64,000 nucleotides of DNA from Cyanobacteria bacterium auto_48_18 (GTDB lineage: Bacteria > Cyanobacteriota > Vampirovibrionia > Obscuribacterales > Obscuribacteraceae), in assembly GCA_036170915.1 (NCBI GenBank), contig JAVHQC010000004.1, forward strand, positions 37,933-101,932. Direction: 5' to 3'. A model generated the notes under the pieces. It worked only from the letters and a program-made list of their open reading frames with translations. It ran no database searches and was not told the DNA's origin. The position numbers and the translations under genes were made by a program. The number at the start of each line of letters is the position of its first letter. The stretch's first letter is position 1. Shown piece by piece: positions 60,750 to 64,000 of the stretch.

Positions 60750-61205
60750 ATGAAAGAAGTTGAAACTACCGTAGTACGGACTACTGATGGCGTTCCGGTA
60801 CGAGTTGAAGACACGTCGTCGAACTGGACTGTGGGCTTCTTGATACTGGCCGCGATTGCCCTTGTTATTGGTGCAGTCACTATGTACAACAATGGTGCTT
60901 CGACCAGTTTAAGACAACAAACAATTGAGTCGCAACAAACATCACTTCAGCAACAGCAAAGTGAGACCCAAAGATTGCAAGATATGACTGCTGCTCAACA
61001 AGCTTCTATGAATCAGATGCCCAAGTCAACGACTACTAATGTAGTTATAACTGACGGATTGAACGGCGGCGCCGGACCTGGTTCGAAAACAGTTGCTACA
61101 CCCCCCACGCTTCAGGTAATTGAGACCCATTCGCCAGCTCCAGCAGCCCCTCCTGCACCTGCGACACCTTCCGAACCCATTGAATCCACTACCGTTAATC
61201 CTTAA
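60750..61205 (+). CDS. Single-TM Gln/Pro/Thr-rich protein
   Basis: GGAG RBS; one TM helix; low-complexity tail. Confidence 0.75.
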   Translation: MKEVETTVVRTTDGVPVRVEDTSSNWTVGFLILAAIALVIGAVTMYNNGASTSLRQQTIESQQTSLQQQQSETQRLQDMTAAQQASMNQMPKSTTTNVVITDGLNGGAGPGSKTVATPPTLQVIETHSPAPAAPPAPATPSEPIESTTVNP

Positions 61206-61241
61206 CTAACTAATTCCTTTTTTCATAGTCCGGGTAAATAG

Positions 61242-61268
61242 TCTGGCAGTATCATTGATGCTGCCAGA
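61242..61268 (+). terminator. Hairpin / possible terminator
   Basis: TCTGGCAGTATCA-t-TGATGCTGCCAGA then TTATTATTT. Confidence 0.55.
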
Positions 61269-61301
61269 TTATTATTTGATGGTCTATTGAGTTGAGGGAA
61301 T

Positions 61302-61973
61302 ATGGACGCAGTTATCGAAACGAAATTTGGTCAGAAAGCACTTCATGTTTGCAAAGACGGCAGCGCTGAGAACACCGATTGGATAGCAATTTATGAAGAG
61401 GCATTTCCGCCCGACCAGAGGCAAGACCTCGATGATCTCAAGGCACAGTTACAAGCGGGATCGATGGAGCTGGATGAAACCCGCGATCAAGATAACAATA
61501 TATTGTGCATGACCATTACTGAGGTTTTTCGCGATCCGCCAATGCTACCGACTTTTCTACTTGCCTGTTATACGGCAGTGGTGCCTGACATGAGGGGAAT
61601 CGGCATCGGTTCCATTCACCGCAGTAAACTAGATGCGCTGCTCGCTCAAGAATATCCAAACTTCATTGGCATCGTCAGCGAGATCGAGTCAACATTTGAA
61701 GAAGGAGTTTCTCCTGAAGCAATGCATATAAGAGTTAAACGCAAAGCTTTCTTTATGAAACTTGGGCTGGTGCCACTTGCCATTGACTATTATTTCCCTA
61801 GTTATGCCGCAGGTGAGAAGCCCATTCCAGGCGAACTTCTCTGGGTGCCGTTTAATGACACCGTAGTAGATAAAGACACGCTGGCCGGAGTGGTGACAAG
61901 AATTTATACAGAAGGCTACAGACTAGACAGCGGTGATCCTTTAATTGAAAAAGTAATTAAATCAATTAGGTAG
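61302..61973 (+). CDS. GNAT-fold acetyltransferase-like protein
   Basis: IYEEAFPPDQR, YTAV.P.MRGIGIGS, R.AFF.KLG. Confidence 0.75.
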   Translation: MDAVIETKFGQKALHVCKDGSAENTDWIAIYEEAFPPDQRQDLDDLKAQLQAGSMELDETRDQDNNILCMTITEVFRDPPMLPTFLLACYTAVVPDMRGIGIGSIHRSKLDALLAQEYPNFIGIVSEIESTFEEGVSPEAMHIRVKRKAFFMKLGLVPLAIDYYFPSYAAGEKPIPGELLWVPFNDTVVDKDTLAGVVTRIYTEGYRLDSGDPLIEKVIKSIR

Positions 61974-61978
61974 TTTTT

Positions 61979-63718
61979 TCATATCAATCTTTTGGCGGGT
62001 AGCTTACTCCATGATGCATTTTCTTGCGGCAATGGCTCCGTGGCCTTTGTGCCACCTATTTCTATATCCAGCGCTAATCCGCCGCTATAAAAACTGCGGC
62101 GCGGTTGCAAGAATAGTGTGTTGCCATCGAATGTTTTGAACAAACCAAAGTTTGGATCGTTGATTGCTTCGTCGGGTTGAGCCGTGCCACGTGGGTCGAC
62201 CACTGTTAAATGTGTGCCCATGCGACCCTTACCTAGAGCAATAGCAACGTGTTCATCTCCGCCATATTCAGGTAGCTCGCACCAGTTGAGCGGATAGCCT
62301 GTAAGCGGCTGACCACAATGCTTTCCTCCTTTGGCAAGACTGAGATTTTTGACGTCGTTTCTAAATATTATTATCGGTGTAATTCCACCTTGCAGTGTTG
62401 TGTCGGCAATAGTTGAAAACTGATTTTCGGAGGTGACACTAATTGGAAATGGATCTTTGGCAATAATTCTTCTTGAGATACCACCATTGCGTTTAAATTC
62501 GTAAGCATAAATTTCAGCCGGTCCAGATTGAAAAGGTTCATCCAACATGGCTAGCACTGCGTCTAGTTTGGGCTGCGTGTGACCATTGCGCAACCAGTAA
62601 TAAAAATGTTCGGCGAATTGCTGTGCAGTGTTCGGCAAAACTTCCGGAAAGTTTTGCACCATTCTGGCTTCTTTGTCGGTAGGATAATCTCCGTCGGCCA
62701 CATCGTATGTGGTGACTTTGTTGTCGTGAAAAGTGCCGGCGTTTAAAAAATCTTTCCAGCAACGCAGGCCATGCACTCTGCCACCAGTAAAGCGCAAAGT
62801 AAGTAAGCCTTTGGGACCGTTGTCGGCCATAGAGTAAGGTTGGCCGCAGGCTGCACCGTAAATATTGCAGAGCTGATCTTCTTTGAATGGAATTTTGACG
62901 AGACCGAAATTGTCAATTTTCAGAACACATTCTATTTTCACTATTGAGCAGATGTGCTTTGTGTCTGCGGTACGAAAAGCTGATTGGCTTACAAGCGACG
63001 ACTTCGCACCAACACCGGCAAAATTGAAATTGCGATGATTGGCAGGAATATTAACGAAGGCTCGGTAAGTGCCGTTCCGCTCAGTGCCTGGCTTTATTTG
63101 TGCCATTACGGCAGGTTCCGGTACAGCGATGGTGGTTTCACCTTCACCATCGAGCCAACCGTTTACAAGTTTGACTGACGTCACATGTATGTTATCTGGC
63201 AAATTCGCCTGCAGAAAAACTTTCACATCTTGTAAGGGGTTAACGGTGTTTCCTTGAATATCAAAGAACTTTGCTTTCCCGTCTCCTTCCAGTGCTTTAC
63301 TTATGGTCGTGTTTAAATTTTTAATGGTGTCATCCAGTGCCTCTCGATCTTTGTCGACCAGGTTTGTCAAAGTAGAATTTTCCATTTCTTGCGCCAGAAT
63401 GGTGTTTTGCCTTAGGGTAGCCACCAGAGTATTTATGCCTATTACGGGTCGGGGCTCACCATCTGGGGCACAAGTGCCCTTGCCGATGGGCGGATAATTG
63501 CTGAGCGATACCAGACCAAAATCATCGTCTTCTACAATTATTTTTGAGAGGTCATTTGCTGCTACCAGGCAAGCAGCTTCAATAATTGACTGGGCGCGTG
63601 TGCGCGCAATTATTTGCAAACATGATTCGCACAAAATAATTAGGACCGGCACCACTACAAAACAAATGCAAGCGAACACCATCAAAAGTATGTTGCCCCT
63701 GGCAGATCGTCTTTTCAT
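61979..63718 (-). CDS. Hypothetical exported protein with pseudopilin/TadG-like N-terminus
   Basis: MKRRSARG followed by a hydrophobic helix and AQ...EAACLVAA; GGAGG RBS. Confidence 0.7.
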   Translation of the reverse strand: MKRRSARGNILLMVFACICFVVVPVLIILCESCLQIIARTRAQSIIEAACLVAANDLSKIIVEDDDFGLVSLSNYPPIGKGTCAPDGEPRPVIGINTLVATLRQNTILAQEMENSTLTNLVDKDREALDDTIKNLNTTISKALEGDGKAKFFDIQGNTVNPLQDVKVFLQANLPDNIHVTSVKLVNGWLDGEGETTIAVPEPAVMAQIKPGTERNGTYRAFVNIPANHRNFNFAGVGAKSSLVSQSAFRTADTKHICSIVKIECVLKIDNFGLVKIPFKEDQLCNIYGAACGQPYSMADNGPKGLLTLRFTGGRVHGLRCWKDFLNAGTFHDNKVTTYDVADGDYPTDKEARMVQNFPEVLPNTAQQFAEHFYYWLRNGHTQPKLDAVLAMLDEPFQSGPAEIYAYEFKRNGGISRRIIAKDPFPISVTSENQFSTIADTTLQGGITPIIIFRNDVKNLSLAKGGKHCGQPLTGYPLNWCELPEYGGDEHVAIALGKGRMGTHLTVVDPRGTAQPDEAINDPNFGLFKTFDGNTLFLQPRRSFYSGGLALDIEIGGTKATEPLPQENASWSKLPAKRLI

Positions 63719-63795
63719 TCCTCACCTCCAATATTCGATCATGGGTGCGGCTGTCCCATTGAAGCCGCACTCATGGACCGAGTTGTAGTCCTCAG

Positions 63796-64000
63796 TTATC
63801 GGCGAAACAACCCTTGTAAAAATCGCACTAGCGCGGTTATTCCAGCTTGCACATTAGGAGGCAAACTGCGAAACATCTGTTGAGGCGTTGGTCTAGGTCT
63901 AGGAGTTGGAGTAGGCGTAGGAGTTGGAGTAGGAGTAGGCGTAGGAGTAGGTGTAGGAGTAGGTGTAGGAGTAGGCGTAGGAGTAGGCGTAGGAGTAGGA
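63796..64000 (-). CDS. 3' end of a protein with a Pro-Thr repeat linker (partial)
   Basis: (PT)n-PRPRPTPQQMFRSLPPNVQAGITALVRFLQGLFRR*; TAA at 63796-63798. Confidence 0.7.
   Translation of the reverse strand, partial: PTPTPTPTPTPTPTPTPTPTPTPTPTPTPTPTPRPRPTPQQMFRSLPPNVQAGITALVRFLQGLFRR
63900..64000. repeat. Hexamer tandem repeat (GTAGGA/GTAGGC/GTAGGT)n
   Basis: Degenerate only at codon third positions; encodes PT repeats. Confidence 0.9.

Noticed and set aside
61981..61990. ATATCAATCT (and AGATTGATAT near 2027) as further palindrome copies
   Set aside because: Partial sites only, unpaired and inside coding sequence
63900..64000. Hexamer repeat as a non-coding or telomere-like repeat
   Set aside because: Third-position variation shows it encodes a Pro-Thr linker on the minus strand

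Overview
Bacterial chromosomal segment. Gene families and style suggest a non-photosynthetic cyanobacterial relative such as Vampirovibrionia/Obscuribacterales; this is inference only. From about 9.7 to 61.2 kb it is a clustered general-stress/desiccation island: cyclic beta-1,2-glucan synthase, otsA/otsB, ligD/ku, csbD, GlsB/YeaQ, BON, ferritin-like and hemerythrin-like proteins, glycogen-debranching-like enzyme plus GT4, a YbhGFSR-like ABC exporter, a poly-HAMP hybrid kinase, a REC-Hpt protein, a Ser/Thr kinase and one ECF sigma factor with no adjacent anti-sigma gene. I found 26 exact copies (plus one single-mismatch copy) of an ECF-type promoter, GGAAC-N17/18-GTC, placed in front of most transcription units of the island, which defines a probable regulon. 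Other observations: (i) three intergenic tandem pairs of the perfect 16-bp palindrome AGATTGATATCAATCT; (ii) an adjacent pair of complementary defective histidine kinases, one lacking the phospho-His and the other lacking the ATP-binding boxes; (iii) an IS1595-transposase-derived protein whose catalytic core appears replaced by a DprA-like winged helix; (iv) two promoter/terminator-bounded candidate sRNAs; (v) an unannotated lmo0937-family small gene and a decayed pseudogene. I saw no rRNA, tRNA or CRISPR array. All calls are by eye, without database searches.
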